In this document: piece by piece, positions 29,078 through 37,904 of the stretch
Position numbering within the stretch: the stretch's first letter is position 1
Layout: every line of letters begins with the position of its first letter
Source of the DNA: an uncultured Gammaproteobacteria bacterium
GTDB taxonomy: Bacteria; Patescibacteriota; Patescibacteriia; UBA9934
Length of the DNA: 64,000 bases
NCBI GenBank assembly: GCA_964569575.1
Contig: CAZMTL010000003.1
Coordinates: forward strand, 7,197-71,196
Reading direction: 5' to 3'
Notes under the pieces: model-generated
Databases searched by the model: none
What the model was told of the DNA's origin: nothing
What the model saw: the letters and a program-made list of their open reading frames with translations, nothing else
Program-made: the position numbers and the translations under genes

Positions 29078-29365
29078 ATGTTCCTGCTATTCCTCGGCAT
29101 CACCAGCGCAAACCCGCCCTCGCCCTTCGCGAAGGCGGAGGAGAACCTGGTGCTCACCGAAGCACAACGCAGCGAGATGGTATCGCTGCGTAGTCAGCGA
29201 GACGAGCTGGCAGACGAGCTGCTGAAGGCCCTGAAGGAAGTCGACCGGCTGAAGAGCCTGGTACAGACCACCGAAGCGGAGCGCGACAAGTTCAAAGGCA
29301 CGGCGAGCAAGTACGAGCAGTGCCAAGCGGCGCTGACCGACCTGCTCGAGGAGTGTGCCCAGTGA
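29078..29365 (+). CDS. small coiled-coil protein with hydrophobic N terminus (95 aa), island
   Basis: An AAGGAG Shine-Dalgarno sits 7 nt upstream. The sequence is heptad-like (LADELLKALKEVDRLKSLV). Confidence 0.4.
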   Translation: MFLLFLGITSANPPSPFAKAEENLVLTEAQRSEMVSLRSQRDELADELLKALKEVDRLKSLVQTTEAERDKFKGTASKYEQCQAALTDLLEECAQ

Positions 29366-29883
29366 ACGTCCTGTTCCTGCTGCTCGCGAACGCGTCGGCA
29401 AGCGACACGATCGACGAGCTGTGCAACAAGCATCCGGGTCTGCAGACCTGCGCAGCACGCGCAACTGCAGAGCACCCGTACTACATCTGCAAGGTGGGTC
29501 TTTCGCTGGAAGCGTTGAATTGGTCCGACGCCATCAGCGTCACCAACAACCCAAACGGCGAAATTGCGCTCGCCGTTGACGGAAACGAAGTGAAAATCGT
29601 AGACGTCAACAACAGGGCGCAGCTGGCCCAGACCGTCGACGGAACCTGGGTCTACATGCTGAAGCCCAGGCAGTCCTGCACCATGATGGTGCCCGCCCAG
29701 GACCAGTGGCAGGTCACCGCAACGAAGGTGGGCAGCAACAACAACGGCGGCACCATCGAAACGGAAGTGGTGGCCTGGCGCAGCGGTCGAGTACAGCTGT
29801 ACGCGACCTACACACAACCTCTCGGCGGCAGGGGCTACGGAAAGCACTGGGTGCTGACCCCAAGCCTGTTCAAGAAACCGTGA
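29362..29883 (+). CDS. secreted beta-rich hypothetical protein (signal peptide), island
   Basis: A GTG start overlaps the upstream stop (GTGA). The signal peptide is LFLLLANASA. Confidence 0.4.
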   Translation: MNVLFLLLANASASDTIDELCNKHPGLQTCAARATAEHPYYICKVGLSLEALNWSDAISVTNNPNGEIALAVDGNEVKIVDVNNRAQLAQTVDGTWVYMLKPRQSCTMMVPAQDQWQVTATKVGSNNNGGTIETEVVAWRSGRVQLYATYTQPLGGRGYGKHWVLTPSLFKKP

Positions 29884-29899
29884 ACGGCTCGCCGAAATC

Positions 29900-29947
29900 A
29901 AAAGCCCCCGACCACACGCTGTGCGGTCGGGGGCAATCTGTTTTTAT
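29900..29947. terminator. strong GC-rich terminator GCCCCCGACC-loop-GGTCGGGGGC + TTTTT
   Basis: The 10-bp GC stem sits at the island's right border and downstream of a pilin-like gene. Confidence 0.7.
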
Positions 29948-29950
29948 TAA

Positions 29951-30340
29951 CTAAGTAGTGGTAGCGTTTCCTAATTCGGTAATCACGAATTCCGAAATCG
30001 CATAAGCACTCAAGATGATCACTAAACCAATTACAGCTTGTACCAACAATTTCTTTGCTTTTTCAACGTTATCAGTATTACCAGCCGCCGTCATCCAAAG
30101 TCCACCAGCGTAAAGCACGAGAACTAAAAAGACGATTCCTAAAAAGCCCAAAACTGCCTGAATCAAACTTCCCAAAGTCTCCTCTAACGTTCTTCCACCA
30201 GAACCAAACGCCTCATCTCCGACATCGCTAAGTCCAGTTGTTAAATCAATCTGCGCTTGCGCAGGAGTACTAGCGAACAAACCTGCCAACAAAACAAATC
30301 CCACCGTCGGAACCGCTAAAAACTTTAATGCCAAATTCAT
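29951..30340 (-). CDS. VirB2/TrbC-topology pilin-like protein (T4SS pilin-like), paralog 1
   Basis: A signal peptide ending AQA is followed by a variable region. The C-terminal conserved two-helix module is LGFLGIVFLVLVLYAGGLWMTAAGNTDNVEKAKKLLVQAVIGLVIILSAYAI. Confidence 0.55.
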   Translation of the reverse strand: MNLALKFLAVPTVGFVLLAGLFASTPAQAQIDLTTGLSDVGDEAFGSGGRTLEETLGSLIQAVLGFLGIVFLVLVLYAGGLWMTAAGNTDNVEKAKKLLVQAVIGLVIILSAYAISEFVITELGNATTT

Positions 30341-30444
30341 AAATAAATTAAGTAATTACTCAATTAGTACTTCTAGTATAGCACGTTCAGCAACAACCTA
30401 AAGGATATCTGGGGATAGTCTTGAAACCGCGATCAAAACAGAGA

Positions 30445-30858
30445 CTATTCCACAGCAGGAATACCCTGCGTACCTTCTTGAACGCTATCCGTGGTAATGC
30501 CGGAAAGCTCATTCATTACCGTAGTCGTAATGACGTATGCTGAAATAATAAGCACTAAGCCTATCACAGCCTGAACAATTAAACGCTTTGCCTTCGCAAC
30601 CAATTCTACATTTCCTCCAGCTGTCATCCACAAAAAACCTGCGTACAGCATCAGTACAAGAAAGAGAATACCCACGAATCCAAGAGCAGGTGCAATAATG
30701 CGCTCCCCTAAAAAGTCAGGCAAACTCGTTTCTGCGTCAGCTCCATACACAGCAGTGCCCGTAGCTGTTAATCCACTATTTTCAGGATCAAACTGCGCAA
30801 ATGCAAAAATTGGCATCAACAGCAAAGAAATGGCGAGGAGGGATAGCAGTTTTCGCAT
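30445..30858 (-). CDS. VirB2/TrbC-topology pilin-like protein, paralog 2
   Basis: The module is LGFVGILFLVLMLYAGFLWMTAGGNVELVAKAKRLIVQAVIGLVLIISAYVI. Confidence 0.55.
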   Translation of the reverse strand: MRKLLSLLAISLLLMPIFAFAQFDPENSGLTATGTAVYGADAETSLPDFLGERIIAPALGFVGILFLVLMLYAGFLWMTAGGNVELVAKAKRLIVQAVIGLVLIISAYVITTTVMNELSGITTDSVQEGTQGIPAVE

Positions 30859-30902
30859 AACGGAACGTTCGAAGAAAGTTCGAACGAACCGTCATGTGAC
30901 AA

Positions 30903-31316
30903 CTAGTTAGTTGCTCCAATGATGGCTCCAACCACGAATTGCGCGATTGCCCATGCAGAGAAAATGATGGCAAGACCGATCACTCCAGAAATAAGGAGTT
31001 TCTTGGCTTCCTGCACCTTTTCGTCGTTTCCTCCCGCGGTCATCCATTTGAATCCCGCGAAAAGCACGATGATCACCGCAATGATTCCGAGGAATCCAAG
31101 CACAGCATTGATCAACCCACCAATCGTTTCCTGAAGATCAGTGTCTCCAAGACCCGTGTTGGCACGGAAGTCGTCGTCCAAGATTGTACTTGGATCATTT
31201 GCATCAAACTGAGCGTGCGCGATTTGAGTCATTCCAAGGAATGAAAGCGCGAGCGCTAGTCCGACACCAATGCTTGCTACATAGCGTAGAAGTGTGTGCG
31301 TCATAAAATATGACAT
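30903..31316 (-). CDS. VirB2/TrbC-topology pilin-like protein, paralog 3
   Basis: The module is LGFLGIIAVIIVLFAGFKWMTAGGNDEKVQEAKKLLISGVIGLAIIFSAWAI. Confidence 0.55.
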   Translation of the reverse strand: MSYFMTHTLLRYVASIGVGLALALSFLGMTQIAHAQFDANDPSTILDDDFRANTGLGDTDLQETIGGLINAVLGFLGIIAVIIVLFAGFKWMTAGGNDEKVQEAKKLLISGVIGLAIIFSAWAIAQFVVGAIIGATN

Positions 31317-31340
31317 TGTTAAGGTTTATTAGACATGTTA

Positions 31341-31691
31341 TTAGCCCGTAACACTACCGGTCGCAAGACCTTGGAAGATAGCCGTTACAAGCACATAAGA
31401 AGAAGCGATGAGTACCAGGCCCATAACGGCCCAAAGTAACACATTCTTCCCCTTTTCCACCGCCGTGGCGTTCCCGGCTGAAGTCAGCCACAGAAACCCA
31501 CCATACACAAACATCAGCAACGCTACCGAACCTACAATCGAAAGGGCAGCCTGAATCACTCGCGCAATAATCAAGCGAGGATCAGTCACACCATCTCCAA
31601 GCGGATTCACAAGCGTCACGACGTCCTGAGCATGCACAACGATTGGAAGAAAAAGCAGACTTATGAAAATAAGATAAGGAAGCTTTTTCAT
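31341..31691 (-). CDS. VirB2/TrbC-topology pilin-like protein, paralog 4
   Basis: The module is LSIVGSVALLMFVYGGFLWLTSAGNATAVEKGKNVLLWAVMGLVLIASSYVL. Confidence 0.5.
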   Translation of the reverse strand: MKKLPYLIFISLLFLPIVVHAQDVVTLVNPLGDGVTDPRLIIARVIQAALSIVGSVALLMFVYGGFLWLTSAGNATAVEKGKNVLLWAVMGLVLIASSYVLVTAIFQGLATGSVTG

Positions 31692-31743
31692 ACAAGTATT
31701 ATAACATTAATACAAACACTCATGAACACGATTGTGTATATGT

Positions 31744-32232
31744 TTACTGCGTGTCGATAACATTCGTCGCGCCACTTACATCTTCAACCGTCTGTCCGTC
31801 GCTTGGGAGCTGCCCCGTACGAATCAAACTGATCACAATCGTAATCAACGAATACGACGTAAAAATAATCACAAGCCCAATCAACGCTCCAACTAAAATC
31901 TGCTTCCCTTGCTCAACACGTGCCGCATTCCCACCAGAAATCAACCAAAGAAATCCGCCATACACAAACATCAACAAAGCAAGCGAACCCGAAATACTCA
32001 AAATCAACGTAATAATATTCACCATCACCTGCAAAATATCTGAAATTTCGCAGTCGCCACTATCACGACAAGGACATTCCGCGGCACTCGAAGTACAGAT
32101 GCCGGCAAAAATAACTCCCTGCTGACGAATCTGTTCGTATGTTACCGGGCCACCTTGAGCAAACGCAGCCGTTGGAACAAAAAAAGAAACAAAGAGTGCA
32201 AACGACAAAACAAGTTTCGAAAACATATACAA
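31744..32232 (-). CDS. VirB2/TrbC-topology pilin-like protein, paralog 5 (Cys-rich variable region)
   Basis: The module is LSISGSLALLMFVYGGFLWLISGGNAARVEQGKQILVGALIGLVIIFTSYSL. It has 6 Cys in the exposed region. Confidence 0.5.
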   Translation of the reverse strand: MYMFSKLVLSFALFVSFFVPTAAFAQGGPVTYEQIRQQGVIFAGICTSSAAECPCRDSGDCEISDILQVMVNIITLILSISGSLALLMFVYGGFLWLISGGNAARVEQGKQILVGALIGLVIIFTSYSLITIVISLIRTGQLPSDGQTVEDVSGATNVIDTQ

Positions 32233-32272
32233 AAGTATAACACAACCGGTTCTCGGTTGTGTGAATGACTAT

Positions 32273-33265
32273 CTAGCTAATCGTCACCTTGTTCAAAAGC
32301 GCAGAATAATACGCAAGGAAATAACCAAACTGCAGCAACTCAGCTACTTCGTCGAGCGGAGTTTTGCCGCGCGCCTCGTAATCAATCACTTCGGCACCCG
32401 CTTCTTCCAATCCATCTACCACATCCGAAAGTCGCTTCTTCAATGTCTTGTCATACAAATGAGAACGTAGAGCAAAAATGCGCGAAGAAGATCGAGCAGC
32501 GTCCGGCGCCTCTTTCAAAACCGACGCACTCGGAGCGATAGATTCATCCGCAAACACCGCCAACCAAAATTGAATCAACGCCCGAGTCGACACCAAGTGC
32601 CCTTCCGCCAACAACAAGGAACGCTCACCATGCAACGCATTTGCCACAATTTTCGCCGGATTTTCTTCTGATTTTACAGTGATATCGGACGAATCAATCA
32701 CCTCAATCATGGCGTTGACCGCATTACGCACACGCCCCTTTCCAATTTTACAAACACTAGCAACCTGCAAAACACCTAGCAATATACCAGCAAAAAATCC
32801 TCCATGAACACGCTGGCGGTGCATATCATCTTCAGAATCAAACGAAAAATACGTACAACCTTCCTTTTTCGCAAGTGCAGCAAATTTCGAACTCAACCCC
32901 GCGCACAACACCTTCAGTTTCTTCGCACGCGCCTGTCGAACAATGGTCGAAACAAACAAACTATCTTCAATATCAAACGCCACAACAAGCGTATTCGTTC
33001 GCGCAAACTTCGGAAGCTCACCCTCAGTCAAAACAACTACCGGAACAGAAATCTCGGCCTGCAGTGCCGACAAAAACGCCCGAGAAACAAGCGCTGTTCG
33101 CGTATCCGCACAAATCAAAACCGATTCGATCTTCTTTGGAAGAACGCCCTTCTTCACCTCCTGAACAACTTCCCAAGCTCGCATCATCGCCTCCGGCAAA
33201 CGTTCGATACTAAAATTCAGCTCTCCTGGATCAAACGCTTCGTAAGTTTTAATGTCGTCGAGCAT
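32273..33265 (-). CDS. SIS-domain sugar isomerase (bifunctional PGI/PMI-like family)
   Basis: Its length and SIS-like segments fit the family, but the match is weak. Confidence 0.35.
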   Translation of the reverse strand: MLDDIKTYEAFDPGELNFSIERLPEAMMRAWEVVQEVKKGVLPKKIESVLICADTRTALVSRAFLSALQAEISVPVVVLTEGELPKFARTNTLVVAFDIEDSLFVSTIVRQARAKKLKVLCAGLSSKFAALAKKEGCTYFSFDSEDDMHRQRVHGGFFAGILLGVLQVASVCKIGKGRVRNAVNAMIEVIDSSDITVKSEENPAKIVANALHGERSLLLAEGHLVSTRALIQFWLAVFADESIAPSASVLKEAPDAARSSSRIFALRSHLYDKTLKKRLSDVVDGLEEAGAEVIDYEARGKTPLDEVAELLQFGYFLAYYSALLNKVTIS

Positions 33266-33270
33266 AGATA

Positions 33271-34449
33271 CTATACTAATTGAAATAATTCTTTGTTCTT
33301 AATCGCATTCGTGATCGCTTGTCGTCGGGAAACATCTCCAATCATGACTGCGCCAACCGTTCGCCCGTCCCGGTCAAACAATTCAAGCGACTCGCCATCC
33401 GTTGCAACCAGTTGCCGAACGGTCGCCTGCTCACGATCCACATCCCCAATAAACACCGCATCCTTCCCCAAAAAATCCGTTGCATACGACGACACAAGTT
33501 CGAACGGTGTTCGCTCCCCTGTCATCACCCGCGCAACATGACGTCCCTGCATAAGCGCATTCATCCAGTTACCAAGAAGTAACCGGCGCTCCGAAACAAT
33601 ATCAAAAAATTCAGCAACGTCCCCTGCAGTATACACGTTTTTCTGCGATGTTTCGAGAAATTCGTTTGCAACGACTCCGCCACCAACCTCAAAACCCGCA
33701 TCTGTAAATAATTCAAACGAACTTTCGATTCCCAAACCAACGCCCAATAATTGAACCTTCACCTCGGTCCCATCCTTCAAACGCACACCCTGCAACTGCT
33801 TTTCTCCAATCAATTCAGGCTGAGGTTCATTCAAAAACACACGAACACCCTGCGCTTCAACATGCGTTTTCATCACCTGCTGAGAATGCTGCGAAAGAAT
33901 CCGCGACCAAAACCCACCAGCTCGCATCGCAAGCGAGGTCGCAAACCCATGCGCATGAAAAATATTCAAATACTCAAGCGCAATAAACCCTCCGCCATAC
34001 ACAAACGCCGATCGCTCCGCGCCAAATTCCGTTTTCGCCTCCCCAATCATCTGCAATAACTGATCAACATCATCCAGTGTTCTCAGATACGAAACTCCGC
34101 GCACATCAGATTCGAGCAAACGAACATCTCCACCCGAAGCAATCAACAATTTGTCATACGGCAATTCGCGCCCATCAAACAACTCAACAAACGCATTTGA
34201 GACATCAATCTTTACCACCCGCATTTCGGGCAAGTATTCAATATTCTGAGCGGCATACCACTCCGGTTTCTTCAAAAAAACCTTCTCACGAGGAACACGC
34301 CCTTCTGCATAATGCGGAAGCAATACACGTGAATACAATCGGTGCGCTTCAGCTTCAACAATCGTAATCGAAGCCTCCGAATCACGCTTTCGCAATTCTT
34401 CCGCCGCCGTTACTCCAGCAATTCCGCCACCAATAATCACGTACTGCAT
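33271..34449 (-). CDS. FAD-dependent pyridine nucleotide-disulfide oxidoreductase (ferredoxin/rubredoxin reductase-like)
   Basis: YVIIGGGIAGVTAAEELRKRD plus a second NAD fold. Confidence 0.7.
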   Translation of the reverse strand: MQYVIIGGGIAGVTAAEELRKRDSEASITIVEAEAHRLYSRVLLPHYAEGRVPREKVFLKKPEWYAAQNIEYLPEMRVVKIDVSNAFVELFDGRELPYDKLLIASGGDVRLLESDVRGVSYLRTLDDVDQLLQMIGEAKTEFGAERSAFVYGGGFIALEYLNIFHAHGFATSLAMRAGGFWSRILSQHSQQVMKTHVEAQGVRVFLNEPQPELIGEKQLQGVRLKDGTEVKVQLLGVGLGIESSFELFTDAGFEVGGGVVANEFLETSQKNVYTAGDVAEFFDIVSERRLLLGNWMNALMQGRHVARVMTGERTPFELVSSYATDFLGKDAVFIGDVDREQATVRQLVATDGESLELFDRDGRTVGAVMIGDVSRRQAITNAIKNKELFQLV

Positions 34450-34450
34450 A

Positions 34451-34717
34451 CTAAATATCTGGAAACAACTGCACTCCTGCTTCATCAAAAATAAAAATCG
34501 CTAACGTTGGACAAGACTGGGCCGCCAAAATAAGCTGCTCCTTCTCGTCTTCATTCATCTCAACCGTGCGTTCGTACACGGGACCCCCTTCTTCCATCCC
34601 ATGATCAAGCACTTCCGCCTTATTTTCGGTATTCAAAACAAATGTCTGAGGATCAATAGTCACACAACTCGCCGCCCCAATACAAAGGTCTGGATCAACA
34701 ACTATACGTAATTTCAT
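34451..34717 (-). CDS. small ferredoxin (single Fe-S cluster)
   Basis: VDPDLCIGAASCVTIDPQTF...AAQSCP. It is adjacent to the reductase. Confidence 0.55.
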   Translation of the reverse strand: MKLRIVVDPDLCIGAASCVTIDPQTFVLNTENKAEVLDHGMEEGGPVYERTVEMNEDEKEQLILAAQSCPTLAIFIFDEAGVQLFPDI

Positions 34718-34868
34718 AAAAAAAATAGTTCGTGTCTATCCTAACATACAAAAACAACCGAAGAAAAGAACCAGCCAGATAAAACGAATACAAGAACAAA
34801 AAACCACTAAAGTATCGACTGGTACTTTAGTGGTTTTGATCAACCGCTTAAATCAGACCCCCACCACC

Positions 34869-35570
34869 CTACCCAAAATACTTCTCCTTATAAAACCGAA
34901 TCAACTCTTCAACCGCCGGCAACACGCCAGGATTCCCAACTCCAACCTTTGTCTTTTTCTGAACCGCCTCAAGCGTAATCGCGCCTTCCAAAACCGCTTC
35001 TTCAATATCGTGATCCGTCACTTTAGAAACAGGGTCAATCACGCGGGATGCCTCGACAACAATGTCGTCAAATCGCTCCGCTCGTCGGTAAAAATCATTA
35101 ATCGCATCTCGCAACGCCTTGTCGCACAACACCGAGCAATGAAATTTGCGCGCAGGCAACCCACCTAGTCGCGCCATAATGTCCTGAGGCTTAAGTGATC
35201 GAGCTTCGCTCAACGTCATTCCGCCATTTTCCGTCACCATTACCGAAGCAATCGACGTCGATGCAATTGCAGAACCGCAACCAAAAGTCTTCCAAGCAAA
35301 TCGCTCAATACGCTCAGTCTCTGGATTAACACGCAACCACACCTTCAACTCATCTCCACAAGCAGGTGACCCAACCTTTCCCAACGCATTAAATTCACCT
35401 TCTTCCGGTTCGTGATCCAAAAAATTCTTTGGATTAAAAAAGTGTTCCTTCACCATGTCTGTATAAAACCAAGATTGAGACTTATCGTGACTACTCACGT
35501 CTCCACCCGAACCTGCCTTTGCTTTCAATGCGTAATCATCTTTCATATTATTCAAAATATTTTTCATCAA
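34869..35570 (-). CDS. NifU-like Fe-S cluster scaffold (IscU-type N domain plus BFD-like domain)
   Basis: GSPACGDELKV, FGCGSAIASTS and ARKFHCSVL motifs. It overlaps the nifS 3' end. Confidence 0.7.
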   Translation of the reverse strand: MMKNILNNMKDDYALKAKAGSGGDVSSHDKSQSWFYTDMVKEHFFNPKNFLDHEPEEGEFNALGKVGSPACGDELKVWLRVNPETERIERFAWKTFGCGSAIASTSIASVMVTENGGMTLSEARSLKPQDIMARLGGLPARKFHCSVLCDKALRDAINDFYRRAERFDDIVVEASRVIDPVSKVTDHDIEEAVLEGAITLEAVQKKTKVGVGNPGVLPAVEELIRFYKEKYFG

Positions 35571-36756
35571 CTCGAACCGGACTAATTTTTCGAAGACGCT
35601 CTACCAGATCTGGCAAAACATCTAAAACATACTCAACATCTTCTTTGGTCGTCGAACGCCCCAACGTAAATCGAATACTTCCATGCGCGACTTCATACGG
35701 AAGTCCTAACGCAAGAATAACATGCGAAGGATCAAGCGACGCACTTGTACACGCAGAACCTGTTGCCGCATACACACCCTTCGCATCCAAATAAAGCAAC
35801 AAAGCCTCTCCTTCAATGTCCATGAAAGAAATATTCACGTTATTTGGCAAACGATTCACTCGATCTCCATTAATACGAATCTTCGGAATACGAGCAACAA
35901 CGCCTTCGATCAACTGCTCACGAAGCGGAGTCAGTCGAGCAACAAATGCTTCACGCTCTGCTTCGGCGATACGCATCGCTTCACCCAACCCAACAATCCC
36001 AGAAACAAATTCTGTTCCAGGACGTCGTCCCTTTTCCTGCTGTCCACCAAACTGAAGCGGCTCCAACTTTAAACCACGCTTCACGTAAAGCGCACCGACC
36101 CCCTTCGGTCCATAGATCTTCGAACCATTCACCGTCATCATGTCCACGTGCAAAGCGACCACATTCAAACTTAACGCTCCTGTCGCCTGACAGGCATCCG
36201 TATGAAAAACTGGATACAAACTTTTCTTCTCCTGCTTCAATTTTTGAATCCGCTTACCAATCTCGGCAATCGGCAAAATCGTTCCAATTTCATTATTGGC
36301 GTACATCAACGTCACCAAAATCGTATCCGGTCGAATAGCCGCCAAAACAGCTTCGGGCTCAATATTTCCTGCACGATCAACCTCTAAAAATGTCACTTCA
36401 AATCCCTCCTTCGCAACCAAATGCTCAACCGCTTCCAACACGGCCGGATGCTCCGTTTTTACACTCACAATATGTTTTCCGTGTTCAGCATTTTTTCGAG
36501 CAAATCCAAGAACCGCTAAATTGTCCGCCTCGGTTCCACCGGAAGTAAATGTTATTTCATCAGGTCGAGCACCCAAAACCACAGCAACCTGCTCGCGCGC
36601 TTCTTCAACCGCATCCTTTGCACGCTTTCCTACAATATGAAAACTGGAAGGATTTCCATATTCCATCTCTAAAAACGGTCGCATTCGCTCAAGTACACGC
36701 GCATCAATCGGCGTGGTCGAAGCATGGTCTAAATAAACATGTCGTTCTGCAAACAT
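35548..36756 (-). CDS. nifS: cysteine desulfurase NifS/IscS
   Basis: VYLDHASTTPIDARVLERMRPFLEMEYGNPSSFH and the SGHK-type PLP region. Confidence 0.85.
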   Translation of the reverse strand: MFAERHVYLDHASTTPIDARVLERMRPFLEMEYGNPSSFHIVGKRAKDAVEEAREQVAVVLGARPDEITFTSGGTEADNLAVLGFARKNAEHGKHIVSVKTEHPAVLEAVEHLVAKEGFEVTFLEVDRAGNIEPEAVLAAIRPDTILVTLMYANNEIGTILPIAEIGKRIQKLKQEKKSLYPVFHTDACQATGALSLNVVALHVDMMTVNGSKIYGPKGVGALYVKRGLKLEPLQFGGQQEKGRRPGTEFVSGIVGLGEAMRIAEAEREAFVARLTPLREQLIEGVVARIPKIRINGDRVNRLPNNVNISFMDIEGEALLLYLDAKGVYAATGSACTSASLDPSHVILALGLPYEVAHGSIRFTLGRSTTKEDVEYVLDVLPDLVERLRKISPVRVDEKYFE

Positions 36757-36851
36757 AAGAAGTCATCATACCAAAAACAAAAGAAAAGTCAATCAAAAAA
36801 ACAATCGCATTTAAACGATTGTTCTTCAAATAGACGATCAAACCACCCGAA

Positions 36852-37898
36852 CTATAGATCTCGACAACCCTGAAAGGTAAAGGCAAACAGCTCTAAATTG
36901 TCTGACGCTGTTTTAATCTTCAACGTTCCATGGTGATACGTACCAGAATCGATCAAATTATACATCCGAGCCTCTTTCACTTGTACAACAGCAACGCCAT
37001 CTTTAAAAACAACGTCATCCCCGGCCATGTCTTCCGGCAGCGGCTGACCATCAAGCTCAACAATAAATTGACTCTGCTTCTTACGACCGCTCAAGATCGG
37101 TCGAGCAACAACGTTCACCGAAAACGCACTGTAACGCACCGCCACAAACTCATTCGGCACAGCAAGTGCTCGAGTATGACGAATGCTCTCCCCGGCCATT
37201 TCCCAATGCCCATGCAGATACGCGACATCCTCTTCTTTTTCACCAACATCTTCAAAAACAGATTCATTATTCGGCACAAAACGATCCGAATTCCCCACTC
37301 TTCCACGCAAAAAACCTAAATACAATTCCGGCGTCATTCGATAACAAATACCTCCGCCAATGGATTCGTCTGACGAAACCGCAGGCAAGTGATTCTGCCC
37401 ATTCGCCATTAACGCTTTTTGAATCGCTTGTTCAGTTTCGGCATATCCACCTTCTCCAACATGATCATACACAATCACGCCCTTCGCATCGATCAAAAAC
37501 TTCCGTGGCCACCACCTATTCGCATACAGATGCCAAATTTTATAATCCGGATCAAGCACAACAGGATACGAAATCCCCAGCCTCTCAATCGCCGCCTCCA
37601 CTGTTGATTGATCCTGTTCAAAAGAAAATTCTGGCGTATGCACACCAATGACCACCAGCCCTTTATCCGCATATTTTTGATGCCATTCATTCACACGAGG
37701 AATCGTTCGCAAGCAATTCACACACGAAAGCGTCCAAAAATCTAACAAAACAACCTTTCCAGAAAGTCGTTTCATGGAAAGCGGATCAGATTGAAGCCAA
37801 GTGAGTTTTGAAGGGAATTCAGGCGCGCGAACTTTTCCCAATCGATGCAGAAACATGAGGTGAAAAAATGAATTTGAGCACAACAACGTTACACTCAA
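36852..37898 (-). CDS. thioredoxin-fold thiol-disulfide oxidoreductase (TlpA/ResA-like, CxxC = CVNC) with C-terminal beta-sandwich (DipZ-C-like)
   Basis: GKVVLLDFWTLSCVNCLRTIP...WWPRKFLID. Confidence 0.55.
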   Translation of the reverse strand: MSVTLLCSNSFFHLMFLHRLGKVRAPEFPSKLTWLQSDPLSMKRLSGKVVLLDFWTLSCVNCLRTIPRVNEWHQKYADKGLVVIGVHTPEFSFEQDQSTVEAAIERLGISYPVVLDPDYKIWHLYANRWWPRKFLIDAKGVIVYDHVGEGGYAETEQAIQKALMANGQNHLPAVSSDESIGGGICYRMTPELYLGFLRGRVGNSDRFVPNNESVFEDVGEKEEDVAYLHGHWEMAGESIRHTRALAVPNEFVAVRYSAFSVNVVARPILSGRKKQSQFIVELDGQPLPEDMAGDDVVFKDGVAVVQVKEARMYNLIDSGTYHHGTLKIKTASDNLELFAFTFQGCRDL

Positions 37899-37904
37899 AA
37901 CACA

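Noticed and set aside
26641-29950. Interpreting the GC-rich island as assembly contamination
   Set aside because: It cannot be excluded from sequence alone. However, terminators and gene boundaries on both sides are intact and the flanks read continuously, so it is retained as a candidate HGT island pending read-level verification.
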